DNA from: Mobula hypostoma
Lineage: Eukaryota
Reading direction: 5' to 3'
DNA: 60,000 nt
Assembly: GCF_963921235.1 (NCBI RefSeq)
Contig: NC_086109.1
Location: forward strand, 29,018,001-29,078,000
Made by a program: the position numbers and the translations under genes. This document shows positions 1 to 12,492 of this stretch, one piece after another. Every line of letters begins with the position of its first letter. Position 1 is the stretch's first letter. The notes beneath the pieces are model-generated. The model ran no database searches and was not told where the DNA came from. It saw nothing but the letters and a program-made list of their open reading frames with translations.

Positions 1-582
1 GATGCCAACATTGAATATTCAAAGAGGGTTCTGTTATTTAGGATATGCTGCCATTATAAATACGTAATTCTGTAAATTTAACTGACTATATTCCAAATGT
101 TAATCTTAAGTAGGTGCTTATAGCAACTGTAGTTAATCGTTCATTGTTATCTTTGTGATGAAGAAGTATAAAGCATTGTGTAAGGAGAGTGAGATACTCC
201 TGGACTCTCTCTCTGTCTCTGTCCTGGAAGTTTGTTGTGTGATCTAACCCTTTTATATTTCCCAGTTACAGTTTCACTGTAGCTCAGTTTTGGTCAGTCA
301 CAACAGTAAGCATGATATCTGATAGTCATGTGATACTTTCAATGTCTCTAGCAACATTGAATCTTGAATGCCAGATACTTTCTTTATAACTTAACATGGT
401 CTGTTGTTCCTCGTTCTTGACGAGCAATCAAAACGCATCCAGTTTATCAGCTTATCCGCCCACTATTCTTTCGAATCTTCATTGAAATGAGTGCTATGTA
501 TGCAATGTTTGAAGCCTATTGTTCTGCCAATAATTTGAGAATTTCCTTTTCATTCCTCCATATCATGTTTCAAATCATAAAC

Positions 583-713
583 ATGATGCTGGAAATCAAA
601 AGCAACACACAGAAAAGTACTGGAGAAACTCAACAGGTCAGTCAAAACTATGGAAATGAATAAACAGTGAACATTTCTGGCCAAGGCCCTTCTGTAGGTG
701 TGTGTGTTGCTCC
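583..713 (-). mobile_element. Decayed Penelope-like element terminus (pseudo-LTR) fragment
   Basis: gatgctggaaatc...gcaacacacagaaaagtactggagaaactcaacaggtcag matches the terminus of the GIY-YIG-bearing copy at 50048-50650. Confidence 0.6.
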
Positions 714-1520
714 ATGTTTCAAATGATTGGATGATTTTACCTTCATGAGTATACTTTGTAGTGTTAGGGCATAATCTGGAGTTATGTGAATATAGTAATA
801 CAAAAACAAGAACTAGCCTTCTGTTTTTTAATGCAAAATGTTAGTTGCAAGCAATAAATTGAAGCTAAGAGCACACCTCTGCAAATTAGCAATACTGTCT
901 GTATGAGGAATGGTTTGCAAAATGGGGACCATGCAATGTTTGCCTATGCATCAGCCAAATGTTAAGACAATGGGGTTGTGTTAATTGGCCTACATGAATC
1001 CATACAACTATAGCTTTCATCTGGCTCTCTTTCAACAGATGCTTCTAGAAAATCTGTGTTAATTAGTTTCTTCCCATTCAAAGATGTTTGGATCTTCAGA
1101 GGTATCTTATCAACCACAAAGTGCTTCTGCTGTAAATATGTACTGTACCACAAAGGAACCATTTGTCAAGCTAAAATATTGAGGTAAACAATGTCATTGT
1201 AACTATTGAAATTATGTTGTATCATGTACTGTTACCTTTGATCTTCAGAATGTAAAAATCATAATGTACTTTTAGGTCTGTGAGCCTCTACTGAGAGTAT
1301 TTCCATGAGAGTGCCTGTTTGTTGTGCTGAATAAAGATGCCCTTATCACCAGTTTCATTCAGTGACTTTCTGGTGACTTTCATCACAGTTACAATGTCTG
1401 GGAGCTTGTTTGGGATGCGTTTATGACCCACAGTGTGGCTAGTGACTTCAGCAGAGGTGAGTATTTTTTTTAAGAGTAGCATTCCCACCTAGATCTCTTT
1501 AGGTCAACGACCAAGGGATC

Positions 1521-2765
1521 TTTGATGGTTGTCTCTCAGGGTCTGAGAAAGACTAAACATTGTGCAGTCATCTGTGGATAGGCATGTGTCTTCGGAGGCC
1601 GAAGGCCGAAGCACACATGCGGTTGTAGGTTGGACATGGTATGGCAGTTGTTAGAACAGGTGCATACACAGCTTTGTGGCATCGATCTCATACCGCTGCA
1701 AGGCGCTGATTTCGGTCATCCTCAAAGTCAGATGCAGCTTTTCTGGCCAGGGCCCGCCACGCAGCCCTGTTGGCTGCCGACTCCTCAAGTTGTCAAGGCT
1801 GGAGGTCTGCCCATTTGATGTACGATTTCAAATTGTTTTTGAATCTTTTTTTGGAGCGGCCCTGATTGTGACTGCCATTCTCAAGCTCACCGTAGAGCAG
1901 CTGCCTGGGGATTCTTGTTTCACTCAGCGGATTACATGGCTAGTCCAGCAGAGCTGGGCCTGGAGGATCCTTGCCTCAATGCTTGTGCTGTTGGCTCTGT
2001 CAAGGACTTCCTGGTTGGTGATTTGGTCCTGCCATTGAATCCTCATGATCGACCGCAGAGAGCACATGTGAAATTGCTCCAGCTGTTTGATGTGCCTGCG
2101 GTATAGGGTCCAGGTTTCACAGCCGTACAGGAGAGAGGTGAGGACCACAGCCTTGTACACCATGAGCTTGGTTGAAAGCTGAATGGCCTTTTGCTCCAGA
2201 ACTTTGACACAGAGTTTCCCGAGTGCCTGGCTGGCTTTCTGGATCCTTGCTATGATCTCTTTGTCAAGGGTTCCGTCATTGGAGATGGTGCTTCTTAGGC
2301 ACTTGAAGCTCTCCACATTCTTCAGGACAGAGCCGTCAATGGTGCATGGATGAGGAGGGTGACTGTTTGGTGCAGGTTGTAGGAGAATTTCTGTCTTACC
2401 GAAGCTGATTGTCAGGCCGAACAGCTTTGAGACTGCAGAGAACTTGTCCACAATCATCTGCAGGTGGTTCTCCTGGTGGGCCATGAGGGCACAGTCATCA
2501 GCAAACAGGGCTTCAGTGATGAGCCTCCTCAACGTTTTGGTCTTTGCAGCAAGGCGTCTCAGGTCAAACATCGATCCATCTAGGTGATATCTTATGTAAA
2601 TACCCAGTCATTAACAGCATGCTTCAGCATTTGGGTGAAGAAGAGGTTGAAGAGCACTGGTGCTAGAACGCACCCTTGCTTCACGCCATTTCAGATGTTG
2701 AAAGTTCTAGATGGGGAACCGTCTAAGAACACTTCTCCTGTCATGCCATCACGGAGCAGGCGGAT
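1521..2765 (-). mobile_element. 5'-truncated RTE-clade (BovB-like) LINE: RT C-terminal half, C-terminal Cys/His motif and 3' UTR
   Basis: ORF 1924-2571 has LFADDCAL, FGLTISFGKTE, YKAVVLTSLLYGCETWTLY. C-terminus reads ...NRMCASAFGLRRHMPIHR*. Perfect 12-bp TSD gaccaagggatc at 1509-1520 and 2766-2777. Confidence 0.92.
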
Positions 2766-3484
2766 GACCAAGGGATCACAAAGTATTAAAGGACAGGGTG
2801 GAGAGCTGAACTGGTAGATGTAAAAGTGTGGTGTGTGCGTGTGTCTCTGTGTTTTGTGTAAGAGACCAGCTACTAGACAGCACTGGGTGCTTTGTCTAGA
2901 CAGGACCACCAGTTGCGAAAGGTGGTTACAGACCATTCGGGCTCCAGTGGGTGCTTGTATACTTGTTTGGTGGGTAATAGATTAAATGGCTACTGAGAAC
3001 ACTTTAAGTAGTGTGGGAGATACCAGTCGGGACACCAGAAGGTGCATGTATGCTCGTTTGGGGAATTGATTGTGTCTGACTGTTTTTAGGAAAACCTGAG
3101 AATCTGAGTCTAAGATGGTGATAGTGCAGAAATATTTAACTTTCTACATAAAGGGATACAGCAACATCATGGGTTCAATTATGAAAAGGAGAGAACTCAT
3201 AGAGTATCTACTTCATAAACATGAGAAGCTTGAACAGGGAATGGACAAAATTGGGTGGTTTAAGGCCTGGAGCCCAGAGGAACATTGGCAGGGGTGGAAA
3301 AGCCAATGAAAGAGAAAGGGAGATAAACAGCTATTCTATGTTATGTATGGTTTCAGGAGAGAACAAAATGCCTGGAGTCACATAGTGTACAGGTAGTGGG
3401 GAACAGAAGAAAAGAAATAAATACAGGGAAGAGCGAGCCGGTGTACAAGCAGAGCTGGACAGATTGAAGGAACAGTTAGAGCAC

Positions 3485-3488
<4 letters not shown>

Positions 3489-3535
<47 letters not shown>

Positions 3536-3541
3536 GAGAGA
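3489..3541. repeat. (GA)n microsatellite
   Basis: Direct reading. Confidence 0.98.
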
Positions 3542-3769
3542 CATGAGTGAAGAACAGGCAGAATAGTTTTAACAATACTAGAATGAATTAGTCAGGGATC
3601 CAGGCAGACTGAGAGGTAAATGGGTAAGGCCCTGCAGGTGGGTGCTTGCTAGGCAGCAGCCATTGGAATGACAGCAGAGGAAGGTGACGAGGTAAACTGA
3701 GAAGAGCTGACGCAGGAAGTTGACAAGTTAATGTACTTTGTTAATGGACTTTTTTGTTCTAATTGGGTT

Positions 3770-3920
3770 CCTTCTTGTAAGAATTGTATATAATGTGTTT
3801 TTCTTATGAATGCTGCTGATATGATTTATGCATTTGTGATGCTGCTACAAGCAAGTTTTTAAGTGCACCTGTGCACACATTTACTTGTGCAAATGGCAAT
3901 AAAATCACCTTTGACTTTGA
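3770..3920 (+). mobile_element. Rex1/Babar-type LINE 3' tail fragment
   Basis: Ends in ggcaataaaatcacctttgactttga (AATAAA plus short tandem tail), like other Rex tails in the window. Confidence 0.45.
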
Positions 3921-5751
3921 ATGCTTCAGATTCTTATTTCAGATTTTCAGCATCGGTATTGTTTTGATTCGTAGATTTGGCAAAAGACTCTGTTCAGTGA
4001 ACACAATCAAAATTTGACACACGGGAGAAGTAAATTCTTTAAATGATGACAGTTTTCCTTCAGAGTCAACATATCTGAGGTGTTCATGATATACTGTGCA
4101 TGTTTTTTTTGTATAGTTATTAAAAGGTTGATACATTCCACTGGTACAATTTGTTTAGAAAAAGCCTATAAGCTCCTTTTGAACATCAGCATGGGACATT
4201 TTTATTGTAGGAATCTTTTGGGCTAGGCCCAGCACTGAAGGTAGGCAACATTAAATAAATTCCATTGCCTGCTTCCTGTCAGCAAGCTGTGAAATATTTT
4301 GGCGTCATTCCCATTTTATGGAGTAAAGCAGCTGCCTTTCAACACTTTTGCTGCAGAAATGGGGTTGCCTTTGAGAGTGCAGGATGAATGAGAGCAGCAA
4401 GGAAACTGGGGAGAAGAAAAGAGAAGCTGCAATAGAGGAGAGGAAGGGGCACAGGAAGCAAATACCCTCCAATGGAGTTTCAGAGTACACCTGTTCTTCG
4501 TAAACCTCTTTGGGAAGCACTGGTAGAGCCACTGCACAAACAAAATTGTCGTTGAATTATATGGTTCATTTTAGACAAGATTCAAACCACAAAACAGGAT
4601 GTGGACTGTATGTGGCTCTGAGCATCCGACTGACACTTTTACACCACGGACTTCTTCCAGGCTGTGCCGGGTGACTTCAGCAACGTCTCACAATAATCAG
4701 GCCATGAAAACACAACTGAGCATCCTTATGCCAGAAGGAGCAGACACCTGTCTGTACAATTGGATATCTGAAAGAGTAACTATATTCACCCAGACTTCAG
4801 ATCCCTATGGAGCGCAGGCTGCCATAGATGCACTAAGATCGTCCTACATTCTGCTTATCACACTTTGACATCATTATTAAAAGAAAGTGATTCTGCTCCG
4901 TGTCACCAAAGGCGTGTGACAGATACTGGTGGTTAGAAAGGCAAGGAATCCAACTAAAAACATTACAAAGAACACATTTTCCTGAAGAAAATTGGGGTAA
5001 ACTATCACCACAAACAATGAAGAAGCAAGCAGTGGCAATGCTGATTCAAAGGATGAACTGTGCTTACTGCATCACAAAGCTGAAGCACAATGTATTCAAG
5101 ACGGGGTCACAGACAGAGTTAGTATCGCTGTTGGAGGTGGGGTGAGCGAGTTGGAGAAGGGTCAACGCAGAAGAGTTTCGACGCCAGCCCTCCTAGCCTA
5201 GGTGACAGGCTCGGTGACTCCAAGCGCTGAGCTAACTCGGTGAGATCAAGAATGCCTTCGGGCTGGGCGGCCCAAGCATATCACAACACTGGGGTTCGGG
5301 TCCTAGAGTGAAGCACTATCCTGTGTTTGGGCAATTTAAATGCCGATCTAGATAGACTGGAAAACCCAAGTGTCAGGTCCGGATGCAAAGATTGGGCTGA
5401 TTTCATTGGCTCTCTCCCAAAGTTCATTCACTTCGCAGAGGAGAAAGGCAGACATCCCACCCTGCAAAGACTCATTTCAGGTAGGAAGCACCCCCGCCCC
5501 CCACAACCCCATATACACCCCCCCGCCGTAGACCTCCAAGGGTGTATGTAATACTTTGTTTAGTGATTTTGTCTAATCTGTAAACCAAGTTGGGTATATG
5601 CAGCAAATGTGACATTAAAATATGTACTTATATTATATTATATTATCATGTTTATTCTATTGCAACTTTAAGCAAGTCTACAGGGAGTTTGGCCTCATTA
5701 CGTAGGACATCAATAGCGTAGCTCCTTGGCAGGTAGCCAGCTAGTTTAAAT

Positions 5752-6739
5752 AAGGGGTCCCCAACCTTTTTTGCACCGCGGACCGTTTTAATATTGACAA
5801 CATTCTTGCGGACCGGCCGACCCGGGGGGGGGGGGTTAAACGCGACCGGAATATCTGTGATAAGTCAACTATAAGTCACTCAATTTCGTTTCTAGAGGGG
5901 GTTGTCTAATGAATTTAATATTAAACACACAGCATGAATGTAATGAATGTAGTGATACATAGCCTCTGATCTGGACCAACATTTACTTGCTGGGTGGCAC
6001 CTAACTAACTAGTTTGTTTATTTCGGCTTTTTTCTTAAAGATGTGCTGGGTGCGTTCTGGCCACTACTGTATTCTTCGTGTCCCAGAGGTTGGGGACCAC
6101 TGAATTATAAATCACTTCCAAGTCAATAGCATCATAACATTTTAAGTAACGTTTGGATATTAAACACACAGTGCATATTTTCCTCGTATGAACATATAAA
6201 TTCATTGCAACACACCAATATCGCTGAATCAGTGGGAGCCCTGGGCTTGTTTTCCTGCAACAACACGGTCCTATCGAGGGGTGATGGGAGACAGCGATAC
6301 TAGAAGGGGTTTCCTTATGTCCAGTCTATTCCGCAATTTAGTTTTCATTGCATTCATTGCAGAAAACTCTGCTTCACAGAAATATGTTGGAAATGGAAGT
6401 AACGTTTTCAGTGTTTTCGTGGCTATCTCAGGATATTCAGCCTTGACTTTGATCCAGAATGCCGGCAGAGATGTTATGTCATACATACTTTTCAGCCCAC
6501 CGTAATTTGCAAGCACGAGGAGTTGATCTTTTTCCCACGCTGACATGGATGATTCACCGGGGACATTCACAAATGGGTCACAGACCCATTCCTTTGCACG
6601 TCTTGGGTCACTGATGACCTTGCCTGCGTTAAAATTCAACAGTACGTGACAGGGAATGAGGAAAGGTACAGCTGACTCATAGCATTTCATATCGCCAAAT
6701 CGTATTGTTTCCTCGTGGCCCAGTGGTTGGGGACCACTC
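5752..6739 (-). mobile_element. hAT Charlie/Buster DNA transposon deletion derivative
   Basis: Left terminus aaggggtccccaacctttt; right-type termini ggttggggaccact at about 6088-6102 and 6725-6739; contains a transposase C-terminal fragment. Confidence 0.85.
6229..6620 (-). pseudogene. hAT (Charlie/Buster; ZBED5/SCAND3-like) transposase C-terminal dimerisation domain remnant
   Basis: W.CDPF...LPAFWIKVKAEYPEIATKTLKTLLPFPTYFCEAEFSAM..MKTKLRNRLD...LSPITPR*DRVVAGKQAQGSH*. Premature TAG at 6271-6273, natural stop at 6229-6231. Confidence 0.9.
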
Positions 6740-8924
6740 TTAGCACAAAGAGAGACCAATCAGGATGCTCGCTCTCCCTCTCCCTCTCCCTCTCAAAAAA
6801 ATCTATTTCCGGGATATTGTATATAATTTCTGGGCATCAGGGAACCACTATCGATATGCAGGAGACCCCCGGAACTGCCGGGAGAGGTGGAATGTCTGGA
6901 AATGCTACTGAGACTGAGGCCTCGGCCTACTCGGGCTGCTCCGGGGGTTGGGTGTAAGGACAATCTGGTTCAGAACACTGTCGTTTGCTTTAAAGAGTGC
7001 AATGATATTTTAAGTTGTTGTTACAGCTGTTGTCATACTCTTAAAGTTGGCCGCTAAATACATATTGAATAGAATTGATTTCATGCTGTTCACTTTGTGT
7101 ATATGTTTTCTGGTGCACTGTTCAATCCACCAAACATTTCTGGGTATCTGTCACCCGAAGTTCTTTGGTATACAGGACAAACAATGTGAGTGCCTGAATG
7201 CCATATTGTTCAGTTAGCTTGCAATCTTGCCTTCCAGCCAACTAACATTTAGAATATCCTCAGTCCTGCCTTAGTCCCTTGGCAACTGAACCTGTTAATT
7301 TACCATGTGGAGACTTTTATCCAGTCTAGACTCTAAAGTATATACAGGACAAATCTCTGACTTTCTGGAGTGGTCAAAAAGGAGTCAAAGTTTATCCTTG
7401 GTTGTGAGCATTCAGCTTGGTACGTTAATTCCATTGGCTTCAAACACCAAATTCAACAACATGCCTGGTTTCAAGTGTATTGAATTTTTTAGTGCTTGGG
7501 TCAACAGTTGTGGGTATTCTGCAAGATTCATGTTCTGATGAGAGCAAGAAAAGTTGAGGATGATTGTGAGGGTAGGCAGTTTGCAAGAAAAGAAGCAAAA
7601 ATCAAAGGTCTGGAGCACTCTTGACCCAATGAAACAAACCAATAAAATTAAAGAAATTTGTTTGTTGGTAGAATTTAAAAGCAATTAGTTTTCCTTCTTT
7701 TGTCTGTACATGTCATAATCAAAATTTGACATTGGCTTGTTTCTAATACATTATTTTGGGCAGTCTGAAATTATAGTTAAAAAGGAATCCTGAGCTTACA
7801 TTATTGAGAGGTCACAATTGAGGGTCAATCCATACAGCTAATTTCATATTAATATTTAAGTAAATGATTGTGTAAGTTTTGTTCCTTAGACATTACAGAA
7901 GCAAAAGCATATTTCTGTGGAAGCAGAGAGTGCTTCCTGCAGGAAAAATAAGGAGAAATATATGTTTATAAAACCCTTTAACCAGTTTTACCAATTAATT
8001 TATTCAGAGAATGTTTTACCTAAAAGACATTAAAGACTAAAGCCACAGATGTCTACACATCGGCTTAATTACATTTGTTTATGAGCTTACTAGCTCAATT
8101 TAAGTATGGCCCTGCCATGCCTCAAAGCAGACTGCTGACCATGGAAACACTGAAGACCATGGCAATTAGTCACCCTTTCAGATATGCTGATGATTGCAGA
8201 AATAGTCACTCTTCCATTTCACAACACTTTTACCCATTTTCCTTCTGATTAAAGAAAACCTACCAGAACAAAAACAGACCTATTGGAAATTGAACTGCCT
8301 ATTTGAGAAATCTGAACCTATTCTATTTGATGCATTTACTTTTATTAAAAGCTTACTTGGAGTATTCCATTCCAATAGCAATAAAAAATCAGCCACGTTG
8401 TATTGCTTTCTGATTTTTATTTGCTTTTGTATCCTATTAAACATCCCAAAAAACAATAAAGGAGCTTTGCTGTTAATCCATTGAACAAATTCATCTTGAA
8501 TTGCAATAATATTAAAATAGTTTGTTTCCCTGCAAACATGCTGCACAAATCCTCCATGGGGATTTAAAGTTCCAGTCACAAGGCATGGATAAGCTTTACC
8601 AAACAAGTCTAAGCTAATTAATTAAAAGATAAATGTAAATTCTGGGTTTTTGTTAAATTCTTGGGATAGTTAGTTATTGGTTACTCTTTAAGGCTGTGTT
8701 ATCTCAAAATACCCTACAACAATGACAAGTGACTAGGAATCAACTGAAGCCATTAGTTACATTAAGCCTGTGAAATGGAATGATTCATTCATCATCATAC
8801 CTTCTCTAGCTATATAAGACAGTCATAACAAACCTGATTCTGATTCCGAGTTTTCTTGATATATTTTTACTTCAGCGATGGCAATATTTTGGCATATTTT
8901 TACTTCCATAGTTTCTCAGCTGTT

Positions 8925-11900
8925 CTTGAAGCTGAAATACCAAAATTACTTCCTTTATCTGCCGATTGAAATGCAGTTGCTGGAGAACAAAACGGAGGAC
9001 CTGAGAGCAAGATTACTGTATCAAAGGAAAATGAGAGATTGTTGGATTCTATGTTTGAACGACACGTGGCTTTCTTCCAGCATGCCAGATACAGCAATCA
9101 CACCCGCAGACATATCGATTTACAGAATGGACCAACCTGCAGATTCAGAAAATGCAAAAGGTGGAGGAGTGTGCTTCATTTCATGCTCCGATGTGGCGGT
9201 TTTCTCGAATTCGTGTTCCCCTAACCTTGAACACCTAATGGTCAAATGCCATCTGGTCTATTTTCCAAGGGTGTTCCCAAAGTTTCAAAGGTTCAAAGGT
9301 TCATTTATTATCAAAGTATACAACTATGAAATTCTTCTTCTCCAGATAGCCACGAAACAAAGAAAGGAAAGAATGGCGGCACGAACATCAAACCGCAAAT
9401 CTCTCCTCCCTGTACAAAAAAAGAACAAAAATGGAACAGGCACATCAACGCCCCCTAAATCTCCTTCCCCTGCACCTAAAAAAGTGAGAAAGATTGGGCG
9501 ATAAACACAGAATACAAAAAATCATAAGACACAAAAAAAAGTCCACAGTCCAAGTCTATATCCAAAACGCAGAAAACCTGGGCAACATTCTCCCTCTCCG
9601 TAGCAGAGCAATCTCACCAAAAGTAAAAAGGCAGTCTCTTCTCTCCATAGCAGAGTGATATCTCCAGTGATCACAAAGCATTCTGCCCTCTCTGGCAGCA
9701 GAGTGATCTTCCAGTGATAAAAAGGCAGTCAGCCGGCATTGCAATCTCCCTCATCGCTTTAATTGGCGAAATGAAGTCGAACGTCAGGTCACAGCCTTCT
9801 TACCACAAGGTCCTGCACATTGCCTCTGCCTCCCGGAATCCCCTCAGAGTCTACAGAGTGTTGAAACGATCTCCAAACTGCAATTCGTGGGCTGCAATAA
9901 TTCCAGAATCACGCTCAAGACAAAAAACAAGCATAGAAAACAAAGGAAGTGAAATACATGGTTCCATGATCTATCCAGAAGTTGTCGAACAATGGAGCAT
10001 TGCATACAGGCACCATCTTGGCTGGAAGTCTATAAACCTGACCGCTGTTTACATGTCACCAGCAGCTAACTATAGTATTGGGATACTTCCTAGTGCTGTC
10101 ACTAAACAAAAAATAGTCCATCTCACTGCAGTTCAAATCACAGTCAGGGAATTCAACCAGGCTTGTTTGAAGAAAACTATGCTCAATTACTATCAGTATA
10201 TAAGTTGTGCCACCAAAAGTCCCAATACACTAGATCACCTTTATAGATAAGATAAGAAATGTCTACTGTTGAATGCCCAGACCACTTTTTGGTAAATCTG
10301 GTCACCTGACTCTACTTCTCCAGAGATTTAGAATAACAAAGGTGTGATTGCTGGAGGCCAAGGGGTGGCTACAGGATTGCTCTGAGTTGGTGAACTGTGC
10401 CATGTTCAAGGACACGTCTGCAGATCAGAATGAATACACTATGTTTGTTACGGACTTTATTAAAACAGTTGTAGATGAGTGTGGCCCATAAAATCATTCA
10501 GAGTCTTCCCCAACCAGCAGACCTGGCTGAGCCATTAGTTCCACAAAATGCTGAGGGCCAGATCAGAGGCATTCAGGTCTGGTGACCAAGAATGTTACAA
10601 CAGGTCCAGATATGATCTCCAGGAAGCTCTGGACTAAACTTGAATCAACGAAGGATGTTCGACAATTGTTGCAGGGCTTGAATACTATCACCTCTTATAA
10701 AGTTAAATCAAGTGACATAGGTGACAACAGAGCTTTGCTTCCAGATGAACTCAATGCCTTCTATGCTCACTTTGACCAACAAAGGTTGGACAAACTATCA
10801 TGAACTCCCACAGCCCCCGATGGTCCTGTAATTTCAGTCTTTGAGTCCAACGTGTGAGCAGTCTTCTGGAAGAGCATCCATTCCAGATGGGGTACCTGGC
10901 CAGCTACTAAAAACCTATGCTGATCAACTGTCTGTAGTATTCCCTGAGATCTTTAACCTCTTGCTTCAGCAGTCAGAGGTACCTACCTGTTTCAGGCAGA
11001 CTTCAATTATACCGATGTCTAAGAAGAACGTGGTAACCTCCCTCAATGACTATCATCCAGTGACATTTACGTTAACAGTGATGAAGTGTTTTGAGGAGTT
11101 GTTGAGGAAACATATCAACTCCTGCCTGAGAAGTGACTTGGATCTGCTCCAATTTGCCTACCGGGCAACAGGTCCACAGCAGATGCCATCTCTTTGGCTC
11201 TTCACTCAATCATGGAACCTCTGGACAGCAAAGATGCATATGTCAGGATGCTACAGCTCGGCATTCAAAACCATTATCCCCTCAAAACTAATCAATAAGT
11301 TACAAGACCTTGGCTTCAATACTTCCTTGTGTAATTGGATCCTCAATTTTCTCACCTGCAGACCCCAGTCAATTCTGATCGACAATAATGTCTCCTCCAC
11401 ATTCCCCATCAGCACAGGTGCAGCAGAAGTCTGTGTGATTAGCCCCCGCTCTACTCGCTTTACTCATATGACTGTGTGGCTAAGTACAGCTCCAAAGCTA
11501 TACTCAAGTTTGCCGATGACACCAATGTTGGCCAAATCAAAGGTGATAACAAATCAGCGTACAGGAGGGAAATTGAAAATTTGGCTGAGTGGTAACGACA
11601 ACCTCTCACTCAATGTCAACAAGACCAAGGAGCTGATTATTGACTTCAGGAGGAGGAAACCTGATGTCTATAAGCCAGCCCTCATTGGAGGATCCGAGGT
11701 GGAGAGGAACAGCAACTTTATATTCCTCGATGTTCTTATTTTGAGATCTGTCCTGGGCCCAGCACATAAGTGCAATTATGAGCAGCAGCGCCTCTACTTC
11801 CTTGGCTGTTTGCAAAGATTTGGTACGACATTTAAAACTTTGACAAATTTCTATAGATGTGTAGTGGAAACTATATTGTCTGGCTGCATCATAGCCAGGC

Positions 11901-12492
11901 ATGGAAACACCAGTACCCTTGAACGGAAGATCCTACAAGTGTAGTGGATACAGCCCAGTCAAGCACAGATAAAGCCAACCCCACCATTGAGCACAAAACA
12001 ATGAAGCGTTGTTGCAGGAAAGCAGCATACATCATCAGGGATCCCCACCACCTAGGACATGCTCTCTTCTCACTGCTGCCATTAGAAAGAAGGAACAGAA
12101 GCCTCAGGACTTGCACCACCATGTTCAGGAACAGTTATTACCCTCAAGCATCAGGCACATGACCCAAAGGGGATAAGTTCACTCAGCTTCACTTGCCTCA
12201 TGATTGAAATGTTCCCACATCCTATGGACTCACTTTCAAGGACTCTTCATCTTAGGTTCTCTATATTTGTTGCTTATTAATTTATTGTTGTTATATTTTT
12301 TTCTTTTTGTATTTGCACAATTTGTTGTCTTTTGCACACTGGTTGAACAAAAGACAAAGGGTCTAGTGTTGATTCTATTATGATTATTATTCTATTATGG
12401 ATTTACCGAGTATGCCTGCATGAAAATGAATTTCAGGGTTGTATATGGTGACAGATATGCTCTTTGATAATAAGTTTACTTCAAATTTGAGA
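8925..12492 (+). mobile_element. Near full-length decayed Rex1/Babar LINE (APE endonuclease + RT + 3' UTR), interrupted at 9280-10028
   Basis: LENKTEDLRARL.YQR..RDC.ILCLNDTWL, KGGGVCF, LTAVYMSP, EFNQ, NTLDHLY; RT motifs GVPGQLLK, LNDYHPV, MKCFE, LQFAYR, LSLNVNKTKELIIDFRR; multiple frameshifts. Confidence 0.93.
9280..10028 (-). mobile_element. Non-autonomous retroposon (about 750 bp) inserted in the Rex1 endonuclease region
   Basis: Removing it rejoins PRVFP|SINLTAVY in register. Its minus-strand 3' end is AATAAA plus a (tttgaacc)-type tail; its 5' end is caagatggtg. Confidence 0.8.

Larger units (their letters stand above)
5449..6898. mobile_element. Non-autonomous TIR DNA element that hosts the Charlie/Buster insertion
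   Basis: Inverted termini CAGACATCCCACC (5449) and GGTGGAATGTCTG (ends 6898), 12/13 match; no clean TSD; superfamily not assigned. Confidence 0.55.

Noticed and set aside
1676..2106. Plus-strand ORFs opposite the RTE (similar cases at 11606-12122 and 26498-27565)
   Set aside because: Antisense shadows of LINE coding sequence
8878..9504. 208-aa ORF as a novel gene
   Set aside because: It is a chimera of the Rex1 endonuclease N-terminus reading into the antisense insert at 9280
9590..9731. Repeat-spacer-like pattern resembling a CRISPR array
   Set aside because: Three degenerate tandem units without unique spacers, in a vertebrate retroposon, with no cas genes
9714..10250. 178-aa ORF
   Set aside because: It reads out of the same insert back into the Rex1 endonuclease; a junction artefact
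10841..11944. 367-aa ORF as a functional reverse transcriptase
   Set aside because: It drifts in and out of the RT frame, and the FADD motif lies in another frame
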